From contig OZ241347.1 of NCBI GenBank assembly GCA_965200295.1, positions 3,390,093 to 3,454,092 of the forward strand: a DNA stretch of 64,000 nucleotides. The letters run 5' to 3'. Source of the stretch: Gammaproteobacteria bacterium. Lineage in GTDB: Bacteria > Pseudomonadota > Gammaproteobacteria > Eutrophobiales > Eutrophobiaceae. The notes beneath the pieces are model-generated. The model did no database searches and was not told where the DNA came from. It saw nothing but the letters and a program-made list of their open reading frames with translations. Positions 19,853 to 28,450 of this stretch are shown here, piece after piece (the first letter of the stretch is position 1; every line of letters begins with the position of its first letter). The position numbers were made by a program, and so were the translations under genes.

Positions 19853-21271
19853 ATGCAACAACCACTGCCGCGCAGGGAACTTGACTTCCTGAAGGATTGG
19901 TCTGCACAAGCCAGGCGTAAACCGTTACTGATACGCGGCGCCAGACAGACCGGAAAGACGACACTGGTGCGCGAGTTTGTCAGGCTTGCGTCGCTGGCGC
20001 TGGTAGAGATTAATTTTGAACGTAATCCTGAATTCGTCAAGGCCTTCAACGTCAGAGATCCCGGCGAAATCCTGACCACCCTGGAGTTGATGACCGACAG
20101 AACTATTGATCCGGTTTCAGGCCTGTTGTTTCTGGATGAGATTCAGGCGGCGCCGGAGGCATTGGTTGCCTTACGCTATTTCTGCGAAGAACGACCGGAA
20201 TTACCCGTCATTGCAGCCGGTTCCCTGTTGGAATTTACCTTGGCGAATGAACATTTTTCCATGCCGGTTGGACGTCTGGAGTACCTGCATCTGGGACCGA
20301 TGCAGTTTGAGGATTTTCTGCGGGCTACGGGGCACACCAACCTCGCTTCTCATCTTTGTGACCTGACACTGGAAGAGCCTGGTATTCCCGAGCCTGTCCA
20401 TAACAGGTATCTGGCGTTACTGAACCAGTACTGGATTGTCGGCGGCCTGCCTGAAGCGGTGGCGAGGTACGCACAATCAGGCAACTTTTCTGAAGCCTCC
20501 CGGGTGCACCAAGGCATTCTGGCAACCTATCGGGAAGACTTTAACAAGTACAGTCACGGCGCCATGAAAGAACGTATCCAACTGGTTTTTGACCAATTAC
20601 CCGGCTTGGTGGGGCATAAATTAAAATACAGCCGGATAAGCCGGGAGCATCGGAGCATCGAACTTGCCGAAGCGTTACAACAACTTTGCATGGCCAGGAT
20701 AGCCAGCAAGGTTCATCATTCAGCAGCAAACGGTATTCCCCTGAGCGCCGAAATCAACAGACGTCGATTCAAAATGTTGTATCTGGACATCGGGCTGCTA
20801 TGCACGGGGCTTAACCTCAATGTGCTGGATTTGAATGACAGGGATTTGACGCTGGTGAACAAGGGTGCGGTCGCGGAACAGTTTATCGGCCAGCAGCTGC
20901 TCCATGCCGGCCAATACTATGAAGCCCCGGTCTTGCACTGCTGGATGCGGGAGGTAAAAAGCGCCGCGGCTGAGGTCGATTACCTGTTGACCTCAGGACA
21001 ACAGGTAATACCCGTGGAAGTCAAATCAGGCAGCGCCGGGACGCTTAAATCCTTACATCAATTTATCAAGGAAAAACAAACTCCTCTGGCGTTGCGTTTC
21101 AGTACGGCGCTACCGCCCGGATTGATGCAGCACCAGACCAGACTGACGGACAACACAGTCATTCATTACAACCTGCTGTCCCTGCCGTTGTATCTGGTCG
21201 GTCAGGCCGGACGCTTGCTCAAGGCTTGTCTGGCGCAGTTGTCGGGCGCTGACCGTCAGCAATCAGAATAA
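19853..21271 (+). CDS. COG1373-type AAA+ ATPase with C-terminal DUF4143 domain
   Basis: Start at MQQPLP. Walker A GARQTGKTTL, Walker B LLFLDEIQ, DUF4143-like C-terminal half. Confidence 0.75.
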   Translation: MQQPLPRRELDFLKDWSAQARRKPLLIRGARQTGKTTLVREFVRLASLALVEINFERNPEFVKAFNVRDPGEILTTLELMTDRTIDPVSGLLFLDEIQAAPEALVALRYFCEERPELPVIAAGSLLEFTLANEHFSMPVGRLEYLHLGPMQFEDFLRATGHTNLASHLCDLTLEEPGIPEPVHNRYLALLNQYWIVGGLPEAVARYAQSGNFSEASRVHQGILATYREDFNKYSHGAMKERIQLVFDQLPGLVGHKLKYSRISREHRSIELAEALQQLCMARIASKVHHSAANGIPLSAEINRRRFKMLYLDIGLLCTGLNLNVLDLNDRDLTLVNKGAVAEQFIGQQLLHAGQYYEAPVLHCWMREVKSAAAEVDYLLTSGQQVIPVEVKSGSAGTLKSLHQFIKEKQTPLALRFSTALPPGLMQHQTRLTDNTVIHYNLLSLPLYLVGQAGRLLKACLAQLSGADRQQSE

Positions 21272-22624
21272 CCCGAATACCAATACGCACCCGACCGCGA
21301 CGGGCGCGATGTAGCGGGTGAGCAGGCGCCATAGCCGGAACGCCGTATCGTTGCTGAGGCCCATTTCATTGCGTAACGCCCGCGCCGGGATGACCCAGCC
21401 GGCGAACAGGGCGATGAGCAAGGCAGTTAAGGGCAGCATCACGTTCGACACGGTAAACTCAAGGACATGGAACATGTTCTTGTCCTGATACAAGGGGATG
21501 AACGACAGGGGTTTGAACTCCTCGATCAGGTTGAAGGAGAAGACTGCGCTGAGGCCGACCAGCCAGATGACGGCGCCACTGAGCATCGACATGGTAAGAC
21601 GCTTATAGCCCTTGTCTTCCAGGTATGACACAAACGGCTCCAGCATTACCAGAGAAGAGGTAAAGGCCGCAAAAAATACCAGGACAAAAAACACCACACC
21701 GAAAAAGTGGCCGGCGGGCATACTCCCCAGCGCCACCGGCAGCGTAACAAACATAAGCCCCGGACCTCCCGCCGGGTCCAGGCCGGAAGCGAACACGATG
21801 GTAAACACAGCCAGACCACACAACACAGCCGCCAGAGTATCGCTGCACGCAATTATCCAGGTCGGGCCGGGCAAGGCGATGTCTTTGGCCAGATAAGCGC
21901 CGTAGGTCAACAGCGCGCCGGTGCCCACAGTGATGGAAAACAACGCCTGCCCCAGCGCCATGAGCAAGCTGTTCCAGGTCAGACTGGAAAAGTCCGGGTT
22001 GAACATGAATTGCCAGGCGCGCGCCGGCGCCCCTTGCAGATGCCCGTAAACCACCAGCGCGATGATCATGACGAACAGGGCCGGCAGCATGAAAGTGGTC
22101 ACCGCTTCAATGCCACGATTGACGCCCCGGCCGATAACCCCGACCGTGGCTGCCAGAAACAAGGTGTACCAGAGTATCAAGCGCTGGGGAGACGCCAGCA
22201 GATCATCAAACTGGGCCACTGCCACAGCTGGCGTGATGTTGATAAAGGCGCCGCGCAGGGCAAGAAAGACATAGTCCAGCGACCACCCGGCGACCACGGC
22301 ATAAAAACACAAGCCACAGACCGGCGCCATAATACTGAGCCAGCCGATACTCCTCCAGAACCTTGAGTGTCCACCCTCCTGGCACAGCCGCACCATGGTC
22401 AGCACCGGGCTCTTGCCCCCGCGCCGACCCATGGCTAACTCCGCCATGACCAGCGGCACACACAACAGCAGGATAATCAACAAATAGACGATAATGAACG
22501 CGCCGCCGCCGTTTTCACCGGCGACATAAGAGAAGCGCCACAAGTTGCCCAGGCCGATGGAGGCGCCCACCATGGCGCACAGGAAGGCAAATTTTGATGA
22601 CCAGATTTTGGTTGGCGCGGACAT
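21263..22624 (-). CDS. sodium-dependent transporter, NSS (SNF) family
   Basis: 453 aa; NSS signature N-terminus (WSSKFAFLCAMVGASIGLGNLWRFSY), about 11-12 TM helices. Confidence 0.8.
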   Translation of the reverse strand: MSAPTKIWSSKFAFLCAMVGASIGLGNLWRFSYVAGENGGGAFIIVYLLIILLLCVPLVMAELAMGRRGGKSPVLTMVRLCQEGGHSRFWRSIGWLSIMAPVCGLCFYAVVAGWSLDYVFLALRGAFINITPAVAVAQFDDLLASPQRLILWYTLFLAATVGVIGRGVNRGIEAVTTFMLPALFVMIIALVVYGHLQGAPARAWQFMFNPDFSSLTWNSLLMALGQALFSITVGTGALLTYGAYLAKDIALPGPTWIIACSDTLAAVLCGLAVFTIVFASGLDPAGGPGLMFVTLPVALGSMPAGHFFGVVFFVLVFFAAFTSSLVMLEPFVSYLEDKGYKRLTMSMLSGAVIWLVGLSAVFSFNLIEEFKPLSFIPLYQDKNMFHVLEFTVSNVMLPLTALLIALFAGWVIPARALRNEMGLSNDTAFRLWRLLTRYIAPVAVGCVLVFGLF

Positions 22625-22772
22625 GACTCAGTTCTCAGTCTGGCGACAGGGATACAGTAGCGGCCTGAAGCGCTGCCCCTGTCAGGTAGTATAAGGGGCT
22701 CTAAAAATGCCACGGAGGGCATTTTCAGAGGTTACCATAATACCACCGAAAAATTTGGGAAACACTCACACA

Positions 22773-24401
22773 ATGACTCTTATGACCGGCGCTGAGGCGC
22801 TTATCAATTCGCTGCGCCAGTATGGTGTCGATACCCTGTTCGGCTTGCCGGGGGCGCAGACCTATCACCTGTTCGACGCCGCTTATAACGCCGGCGACAG
22901 TGTCAGGCTCTTCAATTCCCGCCATGAACAGGGCGTGGCTTACATGGCCTACGGTTATGCGCGCGCCACCGGCAAGGTGGGGGTTTATAGCGTTGTTCCC
23001 GGCCCCGGTGTGTTGAACACCGCCGCGGCCTTGGCCACCGCGTATGCCGGGAATGAACGGGTACTGTGTCTGGCCGGGCAGATCCCATCGGCATGGATCG
23101 GCAAAGGAGTCGGTCACCTGCACGAAATCCCGGATCAGCTGGGCATCCTGCAACGTCTGACCAAGTGGTCGGCGCGCGCAGCAACGCCAGCCGCGGCCCC
23201 GCGCCTGGTCGAACAGGCGTTCCGGGAGATGCACTGCGGACGCCCGCGCCCGGTCGCCCTGGAGATGGCGCCCGACATCATGGGCAAGCAGGAGCAGGTG
23301 GCGCTGCTGCCCCCGTGCCCGCCGCCGGCGCCGACGCCGGCCGACCCGGACCTGATCGAAGCCGCCGCGCGCCTGCTCGGCAAGGCCAAGAACCCGCTCA
23401 TCGTCATCGGCCATGGTTGCGTGGCAGCCGGCGCCGAACTGCTGCAGGTGGCGGAGCTGCTGCAAGCGCCGAGCACGACCTTGTGGAATGGCAAGGGTAT
23501 CATCGACGACCGGCATTACCTGAGCCTGCCCTACAGCGCCGGCCATCAACTCTGGGGCACGGCAGACGTGGCGCTGGCGGTCGGCACCAGGCTGGACAAC
23601 CCGCAACTGCAATGGGGACTGGACGCTGACCTGAAGATCGTCCGCATCGATATCGACCCGGCACAGATCGCAAATATTGCCACACCGGAGGTCGGTATTG
23701 TCGCCGACGCCAAAGCCGCCCTGACAGACCTAGCCGCCGCCCTGCCGCGCCACAATATCGCCCGTCAATCACGCGCGCAGGAATTAACCGGGCTGAAGGC
23801 AGCCACCTTTGCTCAATACCAGCGGCAGGTCGGGCCGCAGCTGCGTATCCTCAAGGTTATCCGGGAAGAACTGCCCGAAGATGGCTTTTTAGTAGATGAG
23901 GTCACCCAGGTGGGCTATGTGTCATGGTACGCGTTTCCCGTGTACCGCCCCCGGCATTTTATCAGCAGCGGCTACCAGGGCAATCTGGGCTACGGTTACA
24001 CCACCGCCCTGGGCGTGCAGGTTGCGCACCCTGATAAAAAAGTAGTGGCGCTGGGCGGCGACGGCGGCTTTATGTATCAGGCTACGGAACTGGCGACCGC
24101 AGTAAAATACCGCCTGAACCTGGTGAACATCGTCTTTAATAACAACGCCTACGGCAACGTGCAACGCGACCAGCAGGAGAAGTTCGGCGGCAACGTCATC
24201 GGCTCTGACCTCACCAACCCGGACTTCGTGCGCTTCGCCGAAAGCTTCGGCGTGCCGGGTTTCCGGGCCGAAACCCCGGCACAACTGCGCCAGGCCCTCA
24301 CAGCCGCCTTCAAGGAACCCGGCCCGGCGCTCATCGAAATGCCCGGCGCCGACATGCCCAGCCCCTGGCCGCATATCCTGCTGCCCCGGGTGCGGGGCTG
24401 A
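22773..24401 (+). CDS. thiamine-pyrophosphate-dependent enzyme (acetolactate-synthase/benzoylformate-decarboxylase-like)
   Basis: Start at MTLMTGAEAL. N-terminal Pyr domain (GVDTLFGLPG), C-terminal PP-binding GDG...NN motif (GGDGGFMY...VFNNNAYG). Confidence 0.75.
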   Translation: MTLMTGAEALINSLRQYGVDTLFGLPGAQTYHLFDAAYNAGDSVRLFNSRHEQGVAYMAYGYARATGKVGVYSVVPGPGVLNTAAALATAYAGNERVLCLAGQIPSAWIGKGVGHLHEIPDQLGILQRLTKWSARAATPAAAPRLVEQAFREMHCGRPRPVALEMAPDIMGKQEQVALLPPCPPPAPTPADPDLIEAAARLLGKAKNPLIVIGHGCVAAGAELLQVAELLQAPSTTLWNGKGIIDDRHYLSLPYSAGHQLWGTADVALAVGTRLDNPQLQWGLDADLKIVRIDIDPAQIANIATPEVGIVADAKAALTDLAAALPRHNIARQSRAQELTGLKAATFAQYQRQVGPQLRILKVIREELPEDGFLVDEVTQVGYVSWYAFPVYRPRHFISSGYQGNLGYGYTTALGVQVAHPDKKVVALGGDGGFMYQATELATAVKYRLNLVNIVFNNNAYGNVQRDQQEKFGGNVIGSDLTNPDFVRFAESFGVPGFRAETPAQLRQALTAAFKEPGPALIEMPGADMPSPWPHILLPRVRG

Positions 24402-24466
24402 AAATGGTTGCATTATTCCATACGCCAGACTACACTCCGACAGTAACGTACCCAAGGAAAGCCCCT

Positions 24467-24670
24467 ATGCTGGAAATTGTGAAGAAATACCTTGAGAAAG
24501 ACAAATACCGGCGTGCAGACGAAATGCTGGAAAGGGCTGCAACAGCTTTTTTCAACAATCCGGAAGTTCAGGAAATCCTGAGAACAAACCCCGAGTCAGA
24601 GAAAATTCTCAACGACGCCCTTAACGACCAAACACAAACAGGGAAGAAATGGATGAGAAAAAATACCTGA
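24467..24670 (+). CDS. small hypothetical protein in AT-rich islet
   Basis: 68 aa from MLEIVKKYLEKDKYRR. Lower-GC segment flanked by a MITE copy. Confidence 0.25.
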   Translation: MLEIVKKYLEKDKYRRADEMLERAATAFFNNPEVQEILRTNPESEKILNDALNDQTQTGKKWMRKNT

Positions 24671-24865
24671 GATTCGGCAATGCGATAAAAGCCGCATTTC
24701 ACATCAACAACGAAAACAAACGTAATATTGTTATCGACTGCTTGATTAGGAATTTCCAAGAGCACGCAGAAACCAACGCCGAACTCGGAGTACGATTATT
24801 TGGTCATTGCGTTTCGATTCTGGTTGCCGCAGCATTCAGTATCTTGCTGATTTGGTTGCTTTATG

Positions 24866-25015
24866 GTCACCTCTATTAATTAGAGGTGACCGTGCAGCAC
24901 ACGGATGTGCTGCCATTTTTAAGCACGTAAGTGATTGAAAATGAAGGAAATGAAAAATCAAACTTTTTCATTTCCGTCTCTAAAAATGCCACGGATGGCA
25001 TTTTTAGAGGTTACC
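24866..25015. repeat. MITE/REP-like multi-hairpin element, full copy, inverted orientation (E-D-C-B-A)
   Basis: Same five hairpin modules as 4751-4903 in reverse order. Confidence 0.75.
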
Positions 25016-25129
25016 TTATGATTCGTACAAAGCCGAGTATTTTGATTTCTTCAAAATGCTGCTAAGCTCAAGTCTTGTTGGTATCGTAGTAGGTGGTGTT
25101 GCCACTTATTTCATCAAGAAGTAAGATAA

Positions 25130-25426
25130 TTACTCCCCCGGCTGCCGCGCGGCGTAGGTGTCGAGCTGCTCCTTAGATGCTTGCTGCTGGTGTTGGTCTT
25201 TCCACTCGCGATAGGGTATCCCGTAGATGATTTCCCGGGCCTGTTCATAGTCCAGCGCCTCGCCGCGTTCTTCTGCCGCGGCGCGGTACCATTTGGACAG
25301 GCAGTTCCGGCAAAAACCGGCCAGATTCATCAGGTCTATGTTCTGCACCTCGGTATGTTCACGCAGGTATTGCACCAGGTGGCGAAACGTGGCCGCCTCA
25401 ATGGCTTGTCGAGTGGCGTCATTCAT
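25130..25426 (-). CDS. DUF1244-family protein (copy 2)
   Basis: 98 aa; paralog of 16134..16439. Confidence 0.65.
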   Translation of the reverse strand: MNDATRQAIEAATFRHLVQYLREHTEVQNIDLMNLAGFCRNCLSKWYRAAAEERGEALDYEQAREIIYGIPYREWKDQHQQQASKEQLDTYAARQPGE

Positions 25427-25487
25427 ATCTCTCTCCGGTCAGTTGCTGTGAATAGCGGGGACTACCTGAAAATACCCCCTGCCCCAA

Positions 25488-26915
25488 TCATTCAAGGTTA
25501 TATTTCTGTATCCGGTAGCGCAGGGCCATGCGGGTGATGCCCAATTCCCGCGCCGCTTTGGAAACGTTGCCCTGGCATTTTTCCAGGGCGTTTTTGATCA
25601 GCATCAGTTCCGCATCGCCCAGTGTCAAGTCCGTATCGGCGCCGGGCGACAGATTCAGACCCGTCTCCGTGTCGGGCTGCGCCGGCGTACTCAGGGCCAG
25701 ATTCTCGGGCGCTAACTCGCCGCCACCGGATAGTAACACCGCGCGTTCGATTATATGTTTCAACTCGCGCACATTGCCGGGCCAGTGATACGACCTGAGC
25801 GCCTGCGCCGCCGCCGCCGACAGGCTGAGGGCGGGTATCCCGTAACGGCGGGCGTTCTGCTGCATGAAATGCTGCGCCAGCAATAGCACATCAGCGCCAC
25901 GTTCCCGTAATGGCGCCAGGGTGATGGACAGTACGTTCAGGCGGTAGTACAGGTCGGAACGGAACTCACCGCGCCGCGCCAGTTCCTCAATATCGCGGTT
26001 AGTGGCGGCGATAATCCAGGCCGCCACCGGCCGCTCCCTGGTGGCGCCCACCTTGCGCAGCGTCCGGCGCTCCAGCACGGCCAGCAGCTTTGCCTGCAAG
26101 TCCATGGGCAATTCGCCGATCTCATCCATGAACAGCACCCCGTCTTCCGCCGCTTCGATCAAACCGGTCCTGGCCGTATGGGCGCTGGTAAAGGCGCCTT
26201 TTTCATGGCCGAACAGTTCGGCCTCAATTAAGTCCTTGGGCAGGCTGGCACAATCCACATGCACGAACGGCCGTTCCCCGCGGGCGCTGTCGGCATGCAG
26301 CCGCCGCGCCACCACATCCTTGCCGGTGCCGGTCTCACCAAGGATCAGGATGGTAGGCGGCGCACTGGCGGCTGTCACCTGTTGCAGGCGCTCGATCTGC
26401 TGGCGCACCGCCTTGATCGCGGAGCTCTCACCGAGAAAGTCCGCGCCTTCATGAGCATGTTGTTCGCGCTTGCTGGAATAGGTCAGCTTTTGTGAAAGCT
26501 CATTCTGTTCCAGCGCCCGCGCCACGACGAGCAGCAACTCATCGAGGTCAATAGGCTTTTTCAGATAATCGGACGCGCCCGATTTCATGGCCGACACCGC
26601 GTCCTCAATTTCACCATAAGCGGACATCACCAGCACCGGAAACGCGTTGGCGTCGTTACCCTGCAGGTCGGCGAGAAAATCGAGCCCGGAGCCATCGGGC
26701 AGGCGCATGTCCAGCAACAGCAGGTCCGGCGTCGCCTCCTTGAGTTTGGCCGCGCCGGCGGCCAACGTCCCGGCAATGTCAGCCTGATACCCCGCCCGCG
26801 TCAGGCGCTTGCGCACCGCCCCGGCAAACACCGCCTCATCCTCTATGATCAGGATCTGCTGATTCAGGCGTGGCACCTCGGTTTCGGTAACGAACGGATT
26901 GCTGTGCATAGCCAT
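25488..26915 (-). CDS. sigma54-dependent two-component response regulator (NtrC family)
   Basis: Start at MAMHSN. Intact REC domain (ILIIEDE...LLLLDMRLPDGSG), AAA+ sigma54 activator (GETGTGKDVVARRLH, ESELFGHEKGAFTSA), C-terminal Fis-type HTH. Confidence 0.85.
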   Translation of the reverse strand: MAMHSNPFVTETEVPRLNQQILIIEDEAVFAGAVRKRLTRAGYQADIAGTLAAGAAKLKEATPDLLLLDMRLPDGSGLDFLADLQGNDANAFPVLVMSAYGEIEDAVSAMKSGASDYLKKPIDLDELLLVVARALEQNELSQKLTYSSKREQHAHEGADFLGESSAIKAVRQQIERLQQVTAASAPPTILILGETGTGKDVVARRLHADSARGERPFVHVDCASLPKDLIEAELFGHEKGAFTSAHTARTGLIEAAEDGVLFMDEIGELPMDLQAKLLAVLERRTLRKVGATRERPVAAWIIAATNRDIEELARRGEFRSDLYYRLNVLSITLAPLRERGADVLLLAQHFMQQNARRYGIPALSLSAAAAQALRSYHWPGNVRELKHIIERAVLLSGGGELAPENLALSTPAQPDTETGLNLSPGADTDLTLGDAELMLIKNALEKCQGNVSKAARELGITRMALRYRIQKYNLE

Positions 26916-26934
26916 AGCGCCAGTGCTCTTTTGT

Positions 26935-28401
26935 TCAAGCGGCTGCCGCGTGCTGACGCGGCGCCACAATTCTCACTAGCGTGCCCTGGCCCTGTTCCAC
27001 ATCAAAACTCAGGCTCCAGCCGTGGCTCTGGCAGATTTTGAAGGCGATGGGGATGCCAAGGCCGGTGCCGAAGCGTTTGGTGGAGGGGCCGGGCTCGAGG
27101 TTGCCCGGTTGCGGCTGGAACGGCAGGCCCGGGCCCTCATCGCGGATGCCGATGGTAACGGTCTGTGCGTCTTCGGTGACCGTCAGTAACAACTCGGCGC
27201 CCGCCGGCGAGGCATCGACTGCGTTGGCCAGCAACCCGTAAAGAGCCTGCTCCATCAGGTCGGGGTCCACGCTCAGGGCAGGCGGCGCCTCCCCGTAGTC
27301 CCGTTTCACGGCTATGCGTTTTTCTGCAATTTTTCCCTGCAACAATTCCAACGCGGCATCCAGCAAGGTGGTCACGCCGACCTCCCGGAACACCGGCTGT
27401 AACGGATGCAGGTAGGACACCAGCGCGTTCACCCAGCGCCCCAGGCGGTCGATGGTATCGACAATGGCCTGTTTGCCTTCCTTCAGTTCCGCCTCATTGT
27501 CCACATCGTCCAGCACCTGGGCAGTCGCCCTGATGCTGGCCAGGGGATTGCGAATGTTGTGGGCGACGACGGGGATCAAGCTGCCCAGCGCGGCTTGCCG
27601 TTCATGTTCAACCAGGGCGTCGCGACTGGTTTTCAACTCGCCGGCCATCTGGTTTATGGAACCGGCCAGCTCCGCCACCTCCTGCACGCCCTGTTCCGGG
27701 ATCCGGCGCTCCAGCCGCCCCTGACTGATCTGTGCAGCGCCGGCCATGATCGCGGCCATGGGACGCACGAAACTGTTGCGGATCACGCGACTGCTGAAGA
27801 TCACGATCACCACCGCCAGCAGGAACAGCACCGGGATCAGCACGGGCGCATAGCGCGTCCACAGGGCGATGGTCTGTTCCAGTTCCTGATGCTGCCTGGT
27901 GTACAAGGCTTTCAGCTCCAGGTACTTGTCCTCAAATTCGTTGAACATGTCCCCGGTATCGCGAAAATCCAGGATAAGCGGTCTTGAGCCTGCGTCTGCC
28001 TGGTCCGGCTGTTCGACAATCCGGTAAATATCTATCTGTATCTTGCGGTAAGCCAGTTGCAACGCCTGTATCACCTCATCTTCATCCCGAGTTAGAGATG
28101 TGCGCCGCAACTGGTTGAAATGACGACCAATGCGCTTTGAATATTCATAATATACTGCCAGCGCTTCGGCGTCCCCCAACCAGCGCGCCCCGGACACTTC
28201 CTGCAGTTGCCGGTACAACTCGCCGCGCAGCTGCTCGCTTAAATAAATGGAATTGTTAATACGCACCGACGCCGCAGAGGTTTTCTGCCAGATATAAGCG
28301 GACACCCCGGTCAGCAACCCGGTCACCGCCACCAGGAATAAAAAAGCCACCTCATGCACCAGCAACAGGCGGCTGAGAGAACGTTTGTGTGCGCGGGCCA
28401 T
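26935..28401 (-). CDS. sensor histidine kinase (cognate of the NtrC-like regulator)
   Basis: 488 aa; two TM segments, HAMP-like linker, H-box (VAHNIRNPLASIRATAQ) and HATPase_c (GTGLGIPIAF). Confidence 0.8.
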   Translation of the reverse strand: MARAHKRSLSRLLLVHEVAFLFLVAVTGLLTGVSAYIWQKTSAASVRINNSIYLSEQLRGELYRQLQEVSGARWLGDAEALAVYYEYSKRIGRHFNQLRRTSLTRDEDEVIQALQLAYRKIQIDIYRIVEQPDQADAGSRPLILDFRDTGDMFNEFEDKYLELKALYTRQHQELEQTIALWTRYAPVLIPVLFLLAVVIVIFSSRVIRNSFVRPMAAIMAGAAQISQGRLERRIPEQGVQEVAELAGSINQMAGELKTSRDALVEHERQAALGSLIPVVAHNIRNPLASIRATAQVLDDVDNEAELKEGKQAIVDTIDRLGRWVNALVSYLHPLQPVFREVGVTTLLDAALELLQGKIAEKRIAVKRDYGEAPPALSVDPDLMEQALYGLLANAVDASPAGAELLLTVTEDAQTVTIGIRDEGPGLPFQPQPGNLEPGPSTKRFGTGLGIPIAFKICQSHGWSLSFDVEQGQGTLVRIVAPRQHAAAA

Positions 28402-28450
28402 TTGTGCATCCTATCATAGCAACCATCTAAAAATGCCCTGCGTGGCATTT

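Noticed and set aside
26875-26895. TGGCAC-containing sequence (tggcacctcggtttc) that looks like a sigma54 -24 element
   Set aside because: It lies inside the response-regulator coding sequence, is duplicated with it at 17831, and lacks a proper -12 TTGC. It is not a promoter.
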